Notes under the pieces: generated by a model
What the model saw: the letters and a program-made list of their open reading frames with translations, nothing else
Told to the model about the DNA's origin: nothing
Databases searched by the model: none
Shown: one piece after another, positions 1-11,748 of the stretch
How the letters are laid out: every line of letters starts with the position of its first letter
Position numbering within the stretch: position 1 is the first letter of the stretch
Source: Negaprion brevirostris
Taxonomy: Eukaryota
Direction of reading: 5' to 3'
Assembly: GCA_030324005.1 (NCBI GenBank)
Contig: JARDVH010000001.1
Coordinates: 143,422,690 to 143,486,689 of the forward strand
DNA: 64,000 nucleotides
Translations under genes and position numbers: made by a program

Positions 1-660
1 TTCAGAAAACTCCGAGGAAAAGCCACGATGTGGAATAGCACAGACCTGAGGGGAAAAGAAATAAAGTAGATGGGAAAACAATACAAAAATAGTATTAGAA
101 GATGACAGTACTGGAAAAGGCAACACAGGCATTTTGATGTCTTAAGGGGAGCTTGAATAAAAAAATAAGACGGCTTCTAATATAAATCATAAAATGAATC
201 AAAGTAAAAGGAGCTATTAAAGAGAAATACAAACCAAATGAGAGAATTCACAGATATAGGAGGAGTCCTTCCAAGTGTATTATTCCAATGTGAGAACATA
301 ATGATAAATCCAATCCCATTTTGCAAAAGGTAAGATAATAGATTGTCACAACTTACCCAAATGCAGCATTAACAGACAGCCAGATAACTAACACCTCAAC
401 TTTTCTTTAGTAACACTAAAGTAGCTATCCAGTGATACTATGTACATTTTTAATCAGAAATGGAACTTCTTTTTAAACAAGATGTTTCATGAGAAGAAAC
501 AAATCAACCTATGTTAAAATCAGGATGATCACCACTGTTGCAAGTTTTAATGGTGAATGCTTCAAAATACTCTACCTACATTGCACTATACTTTGTTTCT
601 CTGCTGAGACTGTGATATGATAATGCTACATGAAAATCGATGAATCGGAAGGTTACATAC

Positions 661-787
661 TGGATCGTCTGTGGAGGGAGCAGACTCCATGGCCACGTAG
701 TTCTCTTCACTATCCTCCTGTGAGTCAGTGCTGGAAGCAGTGCTGTGTATGGAAGCTGGTCGGGGATTGACAGGAAACCTGGAGTGG
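661..787 (-). CDS. GAB1: GAB1 coding exon (127 nt, phase 2 to 0): (D)[42 protein letters not shown]
   Basis: Pyrimidine tract and aatcag acceptor, CCA|gtatgt donor. Matches human GAB1 [33 protein letters not shown], including the p85-binding YxxM (human Y589). Frame is continuous with the exon at 9108-9207. Confidence 0.95.
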
Positions 788-1429
788 CTGATTCTTAGGG
801 ATTATTGGGGAAGGAAAAGAAGCAAGAATCCAAACAATTACACTTTATGATCTTCCCATATACACGATCAGCATTTGCAAAGTATAAAACTGTATGTGAG
901 GCAGTGGACCGAACCGAAGACTCATGGACAAACCACAAATTATACTCAGGACGTGATAAAAATCATGCCAAGTTAATTAATAAAATATATTGTGTAAATG
1001 AGCTTAAAAGCAGAGATAAATCCAAGTTTGTCCTATGTCCAATTTTATTGATGTACAGAACGTTTGGAACAATTTTTTCAAATTAATTTTCCAAGTAGAA
1101 CAGCTTTTGGTAATTAGGATCAAATGTGAATTCATGTAAAATGAAAAAAAAATGACAATCATATAGGATATTAATTGAAAATAAGTGACTAGGAGCCATG
1201 GAACAGATCATTAGCCCCCAAATACGTTAACTGGAGTTATGTCCAATGTCACAAAAAAATGGTTAGATAGTATCCAGTTTCTTGAGATTAATCTACTTTC
1301 ACTAGATGTAGGCAAATAATCCCAATAATAGGGCAGATGCAAATGTCCAATTCTTAAATGGAATTAAATTGATTTAATCTGCTCAAAATGAATGAAAATA
1401 CTTATCTTATGTTCAACTGAAAGTTGTGG

Positions 1430-1832
1430 GTTCATGCCTTGATGCAGAAAGGTTGGTGCATAGTTTTCTCTAGCTATTCAATGTAGTTCTGAGGGAGTAC
1501 TGCACTATCGGAGGATGTCTTTACAATGTGATGCTAAATTCAGGTCCTTTCTGTCCCTCTTTGTGGAGGGAATGTTTGACACCACTATTCAAACGAAGAG
1601 GGTACTTGTCCCATTGTGCTGACTTACATTAATCCGTTAACCAACCTTATTAAAACACATGATTTGTTAATTTCTTTCAATGCTGTTTATGTAACCTTGT
1701 TGTGTATCCTAGTTGCCCTGTTTCCCTACATTAAAACAATTGACTACATTTCAAATATATCTTATTGACTTGCAAGAGCTATGGAGCATTTGGTCATGAA
1801 AGGTGCTAAAGTAAGTGCATGTACTTTCTTTC
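1430..1832 (+). mobile_element. Decayed DeuSINE/SacSINE1-like SINE
   Basis: ctgagggagtactgcact body and 3' end gaaaggtgcta...tgcatgtactttctttc resemble the shark Deu-domain SINE; related copies at 20590, 26880 and 60736. Confidence 0.6.
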
Positions 1833-2509
1833 ATTTTAACATAAAACAGTGCAAAAAGATTTTTAATTTCTAGCATCAGTTAACAGTACAAGAAAATGTT
1901 GAGGCATAACCATTATTTTTCCAAACATCTGAGAAAACAAGACTATCAATTTTACCAAAAATGTTCAAATACTGGGACCTTATCTGTTGCAAAACAAAGG
2001 TTCCAGTGTATTGCATCAAAGAGTGTTAAGGGTACATGGCTCTGTACTAAATGCTGCAACAGCTGCTCTGGAAATGAAAAATGATGGTGTTTAAATTGTC
2101 ATCAGATTGCCTTTGTGCACCACCCAATGGCCAGCTCAAGAACAGCACAGCCAGAAGCCTTTCTGCTGATTACCCTTCTGAAAGTGGTTTATGATCCAAT
2201 CAGAAAACAGGGAGCTAGAAGATAAGGATGGCAGAAAACAAGAGATAGTCCATTTGCTGCACACATTTCTTGCATGCTCCTTTTGCTTTATGGGTAAAGG
2301 AAAGTTGCCCAGTTTTAACATGAGAGATTCTCATGTTGTGAGATGCAAAAGGCTTGTTATCATAGAAGATAGGGATTGCATGCAACACAACAAATTTGCA
2401 ACTCATCTGGAATTTAAATTATGGGGGTTAATTTAAGCATGTCTGACTTCTAAAATATTTTCTGGATGTGGACACCACTCAAAAATTTAGTGTTCAAAAA
2501 TGATTTTAG

Positions 2510-3860
2510 ATGTATTCTTTCAGGGGATGTGGGCATTGCTACTAAAGCCAGCATTTATTGTCCATCCCTAATTGCCCTCCAGAAGGTGGTGGTGAGTTTT
2601 CTTTTTGAATATTGCAGTCCATCTAGTGTAGGTACATTTCAGTGTTGTTAAGAAAGGAATTCCAGGATTTTTGATCCAGTGACATTGAAGGAATGGAGAT
2701 ACATTTTCCAAGACAGGAAGATATGTGGTTTGATGGGGGTGGTGTTCTTAATCATCTGTGCCCTTATCCTTATAAATGCAGAAGTCACAGTTTTAGAAGG
2801 TGCTGTCAAAGAAGCCATGGTGAGTTGTTGCAGCGCATATTGTAGATGGCAAACACTTGTCAACATGCATAGGTGGTAGGAGTGAATACTTTAGGTGGTG
2901 GATGGGGTACCAATCAATCGAGTTGCTTTGTCCTGGATGGTGTTGAGTTTCTTGACTGTTGTTGGAGCTACATTCATTCAGGAAAATGGAGAGTATTCCA
3001 TTACACTCCTGACTTGTGCTTTGTAGATGGTGGACAGACTTTGGGGAGTCAGGTGGTGAATTACATGCTGCAGAATTCCCATCCTCTGAGCTGTTCTTGT
3101 AGCGCAGTATTTATATGGTTACAGTTCAATTACCAACATCCTGGGGAGTTGGAGTTGGGGGGAGGTGGGAAGACACCATGCACCAGAAAATGAACTGGAC
3201 CTGCCATATAAATATTGTGCATACACACACCAGTCTGCTTTGGAACTCTCATGCAGCTCCTTCACTGTCACTATGTCAAAATCCTGGAACTTCCTTCCTG
3301 ACAGCACTATGGGTGTTCCTACAACACATGATTCAAGGCGGCAGCTCACCACCAACTTCTCAGGGGCAACAAATGCTGACCCTGCCAATGATGCCAACAT
3401 CCCCTGAATGAAAATGTTTTTAAAAAGGCATAGCTAAACTTCTGGTCACTAGTAAGATCAAGGATGTTAATAGTGAGGGATTCAGTGACTGTAATGCCAT
3501 TCAATGTCATGGGGAGATGGTAAGAATCTCTCTTGTTACAGACTGTCATTGCCTGGCACTGTTACACAAATGTTATTTGCCATTTAACAGCTGAAGCCTG
3601 AATGCTGTTCAGGTCTTGCTGCTTGTGCATATGGATTACTTTTATATCCAGGAGTTGCAAATGGTGCAGTGAACATCTCCACTTCTGACCTTAGGATGAT
3701 AGGAAGGTAATTGATAAAAGCACCCAAGTATGGTTGGGTCTAGGATATTGCTTTAAGAAACTCCTGTGTCCTGGGACTGAAATAATTGACCTCTAACAAC
3801 TACAACCCTCTTCTTGTCTGCTCAATATGACTTCAACAGTGACGAGCTCTCCCTCCAATT
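2510..3860 (-). mobile_element. Decayed CR1-group LINE 3' portion (RT C-terminus and 3' UTR), interrupted at ~3130-3425
   Basis: Minus-strand translation LTPQSLSTIYKAQVRSVMEYSPFS*MNVAPTTVKKLNTIQDKATRLIG; 3' tail aattagggatggacaataaatgctgg...cccacatccc; contains stops. Confidence 0.8.
3130..3425 (+). mobile_element. Internally deleted, oppositely oriented copy of the same CR1-group LINE nested in the 2510-3860 copy
   Basis: tccttcactgtcactatgtcaaaatcctggaac...gctcaccacc...aaatgctg...acatcccctgaatgaa is the approximate reverse complement of 2510-2700. Confidence 0.75.
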
Positions 3861-4915
3861 CGTATCAAAACTGATCCAAAGATTTCCAAGGATTTATAAT
3901 TATATCCATACAACTAGTTTATCTTTCAGTCATAGTTAGCTCTAGTTAGCCCACTATTTGCATCCTCACCAACCCAAAGCTCGGGAACAAATGAAAAGTA
4001 GATTGTGCTACAAGTCTACTTTCAATAGCCAAGTTAATCAGTAGGTGTTACATAGCTAAGTTAGGGAGACTGAAAAAGCATACATTTATCAGGGATGGAA
4101 TTGGGAATGCACTGGTGTACTTTTATGAATGAATTTTTAATTTAAAAAAAAATCCAAGCTAACACCTATATCACCCAAATTTGGTGGAATCAAACATTGT
4201 GGCCACATCCAAAGTTAGTTAACCTTCATGGAGAAAAAGTTAATGTATAAAGCAACCAATTAATACTTTATGCACAATTTTCAAGCAATACAGGCTGAAA
4301 TTACACCATATACGTGATCCTAAAATAGAAACATTCCTGCGGAAAAAAAATGAACATATAGGGATTTATCACACTGATAATCTCTATTTAACTAATAATG
4401 TATAGACTGGAGAGTATATTTTAAATCTGAAAGATGTAGGCATTCAATATAGGCAATTAAACATTTCAGAACTAGGCTTTTTCCAGTCAAGAGTCTGATG
4501 TATTTCTGTGCAATATGCTGTAAAAGTAACCACAAGATGATACAAACAAGCTCTGGCTTGCAAGGATTACATTCTTTCAGCTGGTACACAAGCCAAGTGC
4601 CACAAATAGATTCTGGTGTTTGTTTTGTTATTACAGCAGTGCAAGTTTTTCTTTCTACAGATCAGGGTGTGGGCCAGTAAATCAAACACTCCTACAACAT
4701 TGTGCTATGTATATTTCACAGAATTCAATCAAGGGGCCAGTTAATAATTTAGTGGGGTTAAGTTTTTAATATCAGTACTTCTAGGTAATAGATACAGTGT
4801 ACCCCCTTGCAAAAAAAAGCACAGTATCTCAAGTCACAGCGTACAATTATAAAGCCTTCAGTAAAATATAAATTTGATTATGCAAGGTTACACGTTAAAT
4901 AAATAAAAACAAATG

Positions 4916-5700
4916 AGTGGAATTTCCCATTTTTGAAATTAAGTGCAGTGGTGAATGGGTTCCATGACACATGTCCTGCTGGGCAGTGTGGTGGGAAATT
5001 ATATCTGATTTCACACTTGTTCACTCATTAATTACGTGTGATTTTATCTCTGAATCACGTGACGGTTCGAGAACTGATTCGTTCACCCTCGCTGTCACCT
5101 GGTGCCATATTTAAACATCAAACTCACTCTGTCTAACTCAGCTTTCAGAAGAAGAGGTATGGCAATGGCTGTGGCAAAGAAAAGACGTTGCTCCAAGATT
5201 TTGCAATGACTCCGTGGGGGCTCTCATAAATGATGTGTGATAACGCTAGGATACCCTCTACACCAGGGGTGGCTCCAGGAGGTCTAACAGCCTCATCGGC
5301 CTGGTACACCTTTGAGAGGGTGGTGAGCTCATTGTGTAACCGTCCTCAAAAATACAATTCAGTGCAGGAAGTCAATGATTGATTTCATCTGCTTCGCCAA
5401 GGTAAGTCACCCTTCTCCTCATTCCAATCTCACATTCTCATTATGACATCATGCACTCCAAGGGTTACACTGCTTAGCGATCTCACACAATGTTAGCAGA
5501 GACACATCTCCAATCACCAGCATTTCATCTATCATGCTGCACAAACTCCCTCTTTACTGGGGAGGGCTCAGCACACACACAAGGTATGCATGCTTCCCAA
5601 CTCTCCATCACATTCCATCAACATATCTTCATCCAGTCCAAGCTTGCCCAGAACAAGAGGGAGACATCCCAAGCTGGGAAAAGAGGGATAAATGCAACAA
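4916..5700 (+). mobile_element. PIF/Harbinger-type transposon remnant with a spliced Myb/SANT-like pseudogene
   Basis: Decayed frame VAPRFCNDSVGALINDV**R*DTLY...TIQCRKSMIDFICFAK ends at AAG|gtaagt (5401/5402). It resumes in phase at ccag|SKLAQNKRETSQAGK (5637). The pattern resembles NAIF1/MSANTD-like Harbinger accessory proteins. Terminus-like gagtggaatttccc at ~4916. Confidence 0.65.
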
Positions 5701-5774
5701 ATATATTTTGGTGTTTGTTGTGTTATTATAGCAATGCACATTTTTCTTTCCACAGAACAGGGTGCAGACCTGAA

Positions 5775-5936
5775 AATCATAGAGTCCCTACAGTGCAGAA
5801 GGAGGCCATTCAACCCATCGAGCTTGCACCAACAAGCCCACTCAAGTCCGATCCCCATAACCCCACATATTTACCCTGCTAATTCCCCTGACACTAAAGA
5901 TCAATTTACATTGCCAATCAACCTAACCTGCACATC
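5775..5936 (-). mobile_element. HE1-like V-SINE, 5'-truncated, CR1-type tail
   Basis: atcatagagtccctacagtgcagaaggaggccattc tail and ccaatcaacctaacctgcacatc core are shared with the full copies at 10190 and 44744. Confidence 0.85.
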
Positions 5937-7105
5937 AAACACTCAAAGTGCTGTATCACGTATATTCCACAGAATTCAATCAAGGATTCACTCTTGGACC
6001 TCTTTGGACACATTATAAAATGTATAACCTTATCAAAACATCTTATCTTTTATGCCAATTAACCTTAACTAGCACTTCAGCAAAGACTGGATTCCATTTG
6101 GTCTGTGATCCATGCCAACTGGCTGAAGAATCTTAGAGATTGATCTAGCATGTCTGCAGCAGCTGTGCTTCCCAGATACTTGACCTCATTTCCATTCTCA
6201 CATTCCTCTCTGTTGAAGCTCAAATTGAGTGACTACACTGTGAAGCTAGTGACTCCTGCAGTCTCTTTAAAGCACTTAAAAGGCAACAGTTCCAATGTAA
6301 ATTTCTCGAGGGGATCCTTCACTTTTCTCCTATCTCTGATTCCATTTCAATGTTTTGAGTGCAAACAGGCTGAGACCGCCCCACAAAATGGGCTCCCGAG
6401 AGGAGCCTTGGGATCCTCCGATATACTGACTTGGAATTCTCCCCTCCAGGTACTTTTTCGCTTGGGATTTGTTAGTGTGCCTTTATTTCAATTTGTCAAG
6501 ATGATGGCATTCAGATTTTATTAGACCAGCTTTGATCATTCCTCAATGAGTGTTATCATTCCTCCAATTTTCCTGGAACTCTATGGCTGCAGGTAGAGCT
6601 CTCCCATTATTCTACAACATCACCCCTCACTACTCCTGGATCCTAGTTACAGTGGTCAATATGCCATCCTTCCCGCCTGAATCCATACCTTCAATGTCAC
6701 CATGCCCACTGTGGACCTTGACTCTCCCTAATATTGAGGTTGTGTGAACTGTCACAGAAGAAATCCAGGAAAGTCTCGAATAGCCCCTCTGTATTATCAC
6801 TCCCCCTTTACAAGCCACAGGTGCCTCCCCCAACTCTTAGCATCCCATCTATGGTCCAATACGAAGACAGACAAGACCTTAGCCGATGACAGCAAGATCA
6901 TGGCCTACACACCAAATGATGTCTCATTCCAGTTGAGCACATAGGCCTTGCCCCTCCCTGAAGTGGGATTACAACAGACATGCCATTCATAGCCCAATAG
7001 CATTGCCTGGAAAACCCTTGAACTGAATTCAATCTTGCACCCTGACCATCAGGTTTGCTAAGTCCCAGGAACAATTTCCCTCTTGCACCCTGATTACTTG
7101 GCCCA

Positions 7106-7258
7106 AGAAGTCTGACAACACCAGGTTTAAGTCCAACTGACGAAGGGCAAACCCCGTAAGCTTGTGAGTTTACTATCAAATAAATTGGTTGGACTTAAAC
7201 TTGGTGTTGTCAGATTTCTTACTGGGTTTACTCTAGTCCAACTGGCATCTCCACATCA
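7106..7258 (+). mobile_element. Palindromic Penelope-like mini-element with degenerate hammerhead core
   Basis: Arms agaagtctgacaacaccaggtttaagtccaac / gttggacttaaacttggtgttgtcagatttct. Core CTGACGA-agggcaaacccc-GTAA-gcttgtg at 7137-7166. Imperfect TSD tacttggccca (7095-7105) / tacttggtccca (7259-7270). Confidence 0.75.
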
Positions 7259-7269
7259 TACTTGGTCCC

Positions 7270-8200
7270 AGAGCAGCAATTTTGATCATCTTTCTCTTAA
7301 TTCTCCCATTCCTTCTTGACTGCTGACAACAGTGTTCCTCCCCCACAACCTGGCCCTCATGTGCAAGCCTCTCTCTTCCCTTACATCCCTGAATCTCTGT
7401 GCAAGCCTTAATCACTTATGCCACACTCCCCACCCTCTTTTACAATCTGCATGCATCCATTCCAACTCATTTAATTCTGTTCCCATTCCACTCCTTACTG
7501 TGTCTACATTTCAGTCTTTAATGTGAGGTTCTAGCTTCACCACCTATGGCCTCCCATCTGCCTCTGCCGTTGTTTTCCCAACTCCTCCAGCCCCATTGTT
7601 GTCCATTGTCCCCTCCCCCACCCAGACTCATTTCTCTGGTCGCAAAGCTCATCCTTGTCTGGTTTGCTGTCCTGCCTGGGCATCCAGACAACACCCTCTT
7701 GGGCACTGGAGGAAGCCAATAAGGACAGCAAGTCTACACCCCCACACTGCCGGTGTAGCGTCTCCCTGGCCTTGGCAAGAACCCGGAGCGGCACTTCTGC
7801 AGGTAGGTTTTAAATGTCATACTCATCTTGAATTCATGAGCGAAATGAGTGGCCCTTATTTCCAAACATGTTTCAGACTGCTCTTATTTTCTACTAATGT
7901 GGCGCTAGATTAGGAAGGCTGAGAGATTCCGGCGAATGGCATTTTTAATGAGCATTCATGACCTGGTAAGGAATGCAAATGGGATTCCTGCCTGGATTAA
8001 TGGGAAACGCAACCCACCATCCACCATTGTCTATGAAATATTGGTACTTTTCTCACACTATTTCTTCACAATCGCAAACTGGCCACTCCCTGACTCTTCG
8101 GGAAGAGAAAATTCAACACTTTCGGGTTTCCGATTTTTGACACCTCTCTAAATTTTTTGTCCTGCCCACCATGAAACCTGTCATGGGGAAAATTCAGCCC
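7270..8200 (-). mobile_element. Probable Harbinger-type DNA transposon remnant
   Basis: Ends in gggaaaattcagccc (8186-8200), the reverse complement of a GGGCTGAATTTTCCC-type terminus similar to that at 4916; weak Myb/SANT-like start (RSAAP...) on the minus strand near 7640-7800. Confidence 0.35.
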
Positions 8201-8547
8201 TCTGTTCATTAAATAAGCTTAACGCATATAATTTTAATTCTCTTGCCAGCGTGAATCTGTGCTCCAGAATAGGATGGTAATGAAGGAAAGACAAAGCAAG
8301 TATAAAATATAACTGTTGAGAATGAAAGATTGAGGTCATTTGGCAAACAATGTGAGCCTATAGAAAGTGGGAATTAGATTCAAATCATTTTGGGATCCTA
8401 GACCTGAAGAACAGGTAACCTGGAACGTCAACAGAACAGGAATTTTGTGTTAAAGAGGTCAGAAACTGAGGAAACACAAGTCAGGATTCAGAGCTCAGGT
8501 GGTCAAAGAGAGGAGTAGTGGTAGGAGAGGATACAAGATTCAGGTTA

Positions 8548-8833
8548 AAAGTTAAAGTTTATTTATTAGTCACAAGGAAGGCTTACATTAACATTGCAAT
8601 GAAGTTGCTGTGAAATTCCCCTAGTCGCCAGGGTCTGGTGCCTGTTCGGGTCAATGCACCTAACTGCACGTCTTTCAGGATGTGGGAGGGAACTGAACCA
8701 CCCGGAGGAAACCCACGCAGACATGGGGAGAACGTGCAAACTCCACACTGACAGTGACCCAAGCCAGGAATTGAACCCGAGTCCCTGGGTCTGTGAAACA
8801 GCAGTGCTAACCACTGAACTACCATGCCATCCT
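8548..8833 (-). mobile_element. V-SINE with tRNA head and alternative (non-CR1) tail
   Basis: Minus strand: A box (tggttcagtggttagc) and B box (gggttcaattcc), V core gggtttcctccgggtg, tail ggggaatttcacagcaacttcattgcaatgttaatgtaagcc...gactaataaataaacttt. Confidence 0.85.
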
Positions 8834-9107
8834 GTGTATGTATTGTGTCAGTTTGATAGCAGAGTCAGAATGGGAAACTCAGAAGTTTCTAGTAACTTTG
8901 TTCAAATTTCCATGCCAACTTGAGGTAACTGCCTTTTTATGTCTTGATACAGTTCAAACCTTTAAATTTCCACGAACATTTAAAACACATAATTAATGCA
9001 AAATCAGCTATACTTAAGGATTGATATATCCAAACCCTGTTGAACAAATGCAATGTGACAAAAATGCAATACTTTACAGATAATATTAAGTGACTGTTAG
9101 GACTTAC

Positions 9108-9207
9108 TCTCTGGTAAAGGTTTTGGTCACTGGCGATCTTACTGGAGCTAATTCTTGCATTTCTTCAAATTCAGGTAAAGGTTTAATTTCCAAGGGGGCA
9201 GGTTTAA
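9108..9207 (-). CDS. GAB1: GAB1 coding exon (100 nt, phase 1 to 2): (V)[32 protein letters not shown](D)
   Basis: ccacag acceptor, AGA|gtaagt donor. Matches human [31 protein letters not shown], including the ERK-site RSP. Absent from the ORF track. Confidence 0.96.
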
Positions 9208-10189
9208 CTGTGGTATAAAAAGTGCACATGAATATACTTACTGTAGAAAATTGCTGGGTGTCATTTAACAAACAGCATACAAAATATTAAAGATGCTGGT
9301 GGCATGTTTACAACTCAGAGCATCAATTAAAATTGGAAAAGCATACAACTTGTAACTAATATCACAGACATATTAATTGGGGATTATTGGGCCCTTTGAA
9401 AATACTCTCCATTAAACACAAGAAGCTTCAACTGTGCTTCAGGCACTTGGACTTACAATGGTTCGTTATTGTAACCACTGGAAAATCAGTTGGCATCATG
9501 GCCAATTCTCAGGAAGTGTGAGAAAACAAGAAATATGGTTTCTCAATCTACCTCTTCCCCACCCTCCTGAGAAAATGATCAAGATCTGGCAAAACTCATG
9601 ACAGTTAATTCATTTAATCATCCATCTCAGGTTCTCAGAAACGCAAGCCATGTGTTTTAAACATGTAGCTAGTTTTAGAAAACTGTTCTGTGAAAAACTC
9701 GCTGTTTGCGCAAGACTAAAGTCATCAAAAACTTAGACTATTTAAAATCAGTAAATGTACTGCAGAATGTATTACTGCTCATGTTAACTCGGGCAAACAG
9801 AAGTTGGCTGCAAATCAGCGAGGAAATTTCAGAATGTAGCTGCACTAATTAGAAACAGAGAGCATTTGATTGCCCAACCTTGACATCAAGTATAGCCTGC
9901 CTGATACACAAGGTGCTGATTTTACAAGACAGCAATATTGGTGGGGAACTTCACTGGCCAGCAGAGCCATGAGAAACTACAGGAGGTAAGGCCAATGATC
10001 TTCCATTCATTCATTTGAAATGTTAAAAAACCATGTCAATCCACATCTGATGTTTCAAAGTGTGCAGCCAAATAAAGAGACTTCCTTCTAAAAAGGATAG
10101 ATTCAAAATCTTTCTTAATGTGCCAAGCACAGAGTCCAATTAAAATGTATGATTTGGTTGAATTCCGTAAAAGTGCAGACAATTTTCTG

Positions 10190-10492
10190 GAATTCACAGA
10201 ATCCCTACAGTACAGAGGGAGGCCATTTGGCCCATCGAGTCTGCACCAACCACAATCCCACCCAGCCCCTATTCCCTTAACCCCACACATTTACCCTGCT
10301 AAATCCCCTGACACTAGGGGGAATTTAACATGGCCAATCAACCTAACCTGCACATCTCTTTACTGTGGGAGGAAACCCACGCAGACACAGGGAAAATGTG
10401 CCCACACAGACAGCAACCCAAGCCAGGAATTGAACCCAGGTCCCTGGCACTGTGAAGCAGCAATGCTAATCACTATGCCACCACGCTGCCCC
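10190..10492 (-). mobile_element. HE1-like V-SINE, near full length
   Basis: tRNA-like head (gggcagcgtggtggcatagtgattagc; gggttcaattcc), V core and CR1-type tail ...ctgtagggattctgtgaatt. Confidence 0.9.
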
Positions 10493-10609
10493 AATTATAC
10501 AATCTGTTGAACTTGTAAGCAGCACCAAACCAAATATTTCATTGTTAAAGTCCAACCCATTTCAAAATAAGCATCAAGATTTTAAAATTATTTCTCAGTC
10601 ATTTTTATT

Positions 10610-10918
10610 CACAGAATCCACGAAGTGCAGAATGGGCCCATCGAGCCCCCACTGACTCTGCAACAACAATCCTTGGTTTATCACTGTAACATCATGTATT
10701 TATGCTGCGAATTCCTCCTAACCTACACATCCCTGGGGCAAATTAGCATAGCTAATCAACCTAACCTGCACACCTTTGGACTGAGAGGGGAAACCAGAGC
10801 ACCGAGAGGAAATTCACAGGAGAACGTGCAGACAACACGCAGACAGTGTACAAGGCCAGAATTGAACCCAGGTCCCTGGCACTGAGAGACAGCAGTGCTA
10901 ACCACTGTGCTGCCCGTG
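10610..10918 (-). mobile_element. HE1-like V-SINE (older or variant copy)
   Basis: Head gggcagcacagtggttagcactgctg...gggttcaattctgg, core gtgcaggttaggttgattagctatgctaatttgcccc, CR1-type tail. Confidence 0.85.
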
Positions 10919-11658
10919 CTAATAAAATTGAAAAGAAAAGTTGCAGCTAAATCGATCTCTATTCTTCCAGTCCTAACTGTGGAAGACAATAGATTTCAAA
11001 GGCATACTGCTGAAGGCTGTTCAAGGAACAAAACTACTTTCATTTGTGTTTTTTATGTATTATATAAACACAGTTTGCTTCATGTCAGAATGCAAGTTGC
11101 TTAGTAATAAGACGAAGACTAAACTAACAGGGTTTTAAAAATATTCACCGTGACATTTTAATATGTTGGAACCTTTCTGCAAACTCTCATCAGGACAGCA
11201 GAGGCCACTCTAAACAAAGTTTGCAATTTATTTCTGCTCAGATTCATGGTGTGAATTACTGTACAATGGTTCATTTTTGTTCAGTATACAAATACAGTGT
11301 AATTAAGTTGTCAATAAGTTCTGCTGTCAAGGTAAAATGGAGGCACGTACTGATAATAAAGTTTAAAAACCTTCGTTTAATGGCAGCCACATGAACTGTT
11401 AGAATGCAAATGTTTTACAGGTGTAGAAGGTTATGGATTATAAACAGCAGATTTCATGACTTATCCAGAAATATTTAGCATTGTATAAAAGGTATCAAAA
11501 GTGTAAAATGACAAACAGAGACATAAAGTTTACTGATTAATTGAACAAGAATGCAATCTATTGATGGGAGGATTAATCGCATAGTAACAGACATTACCAA
11601 AAGTTTAGTCAGTTAAAGTTCCAAGCCATCTTAATATTGCATGCTGAACATTACCTAC

Positions 11659-11748
11659 CCTTGTGTCGTCTTGGAGGAAAGTCACCTATGGTTTGAGTAT
11701 CAGTTCGTTCTAAAACAGGTTTAGCTCTTAATATTTTAGGACTTTGAC
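11659..11748 (-). CDS. GAB1: GAB1 90-nt symmetric cassette exon (phase 1-1): (G)QSPKILRAKPVLERTDTQTIGDFPPRRHK
   Basis: ttttctcatcaattag acceptor, AGG|gtaggt donor, exactly 90 nt. Matches the 30-aa insert of the long human isoform as I recall it (GQSPKILRLKPHGLERTDSQTIGDFATRRK). Confidence 0.93.
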
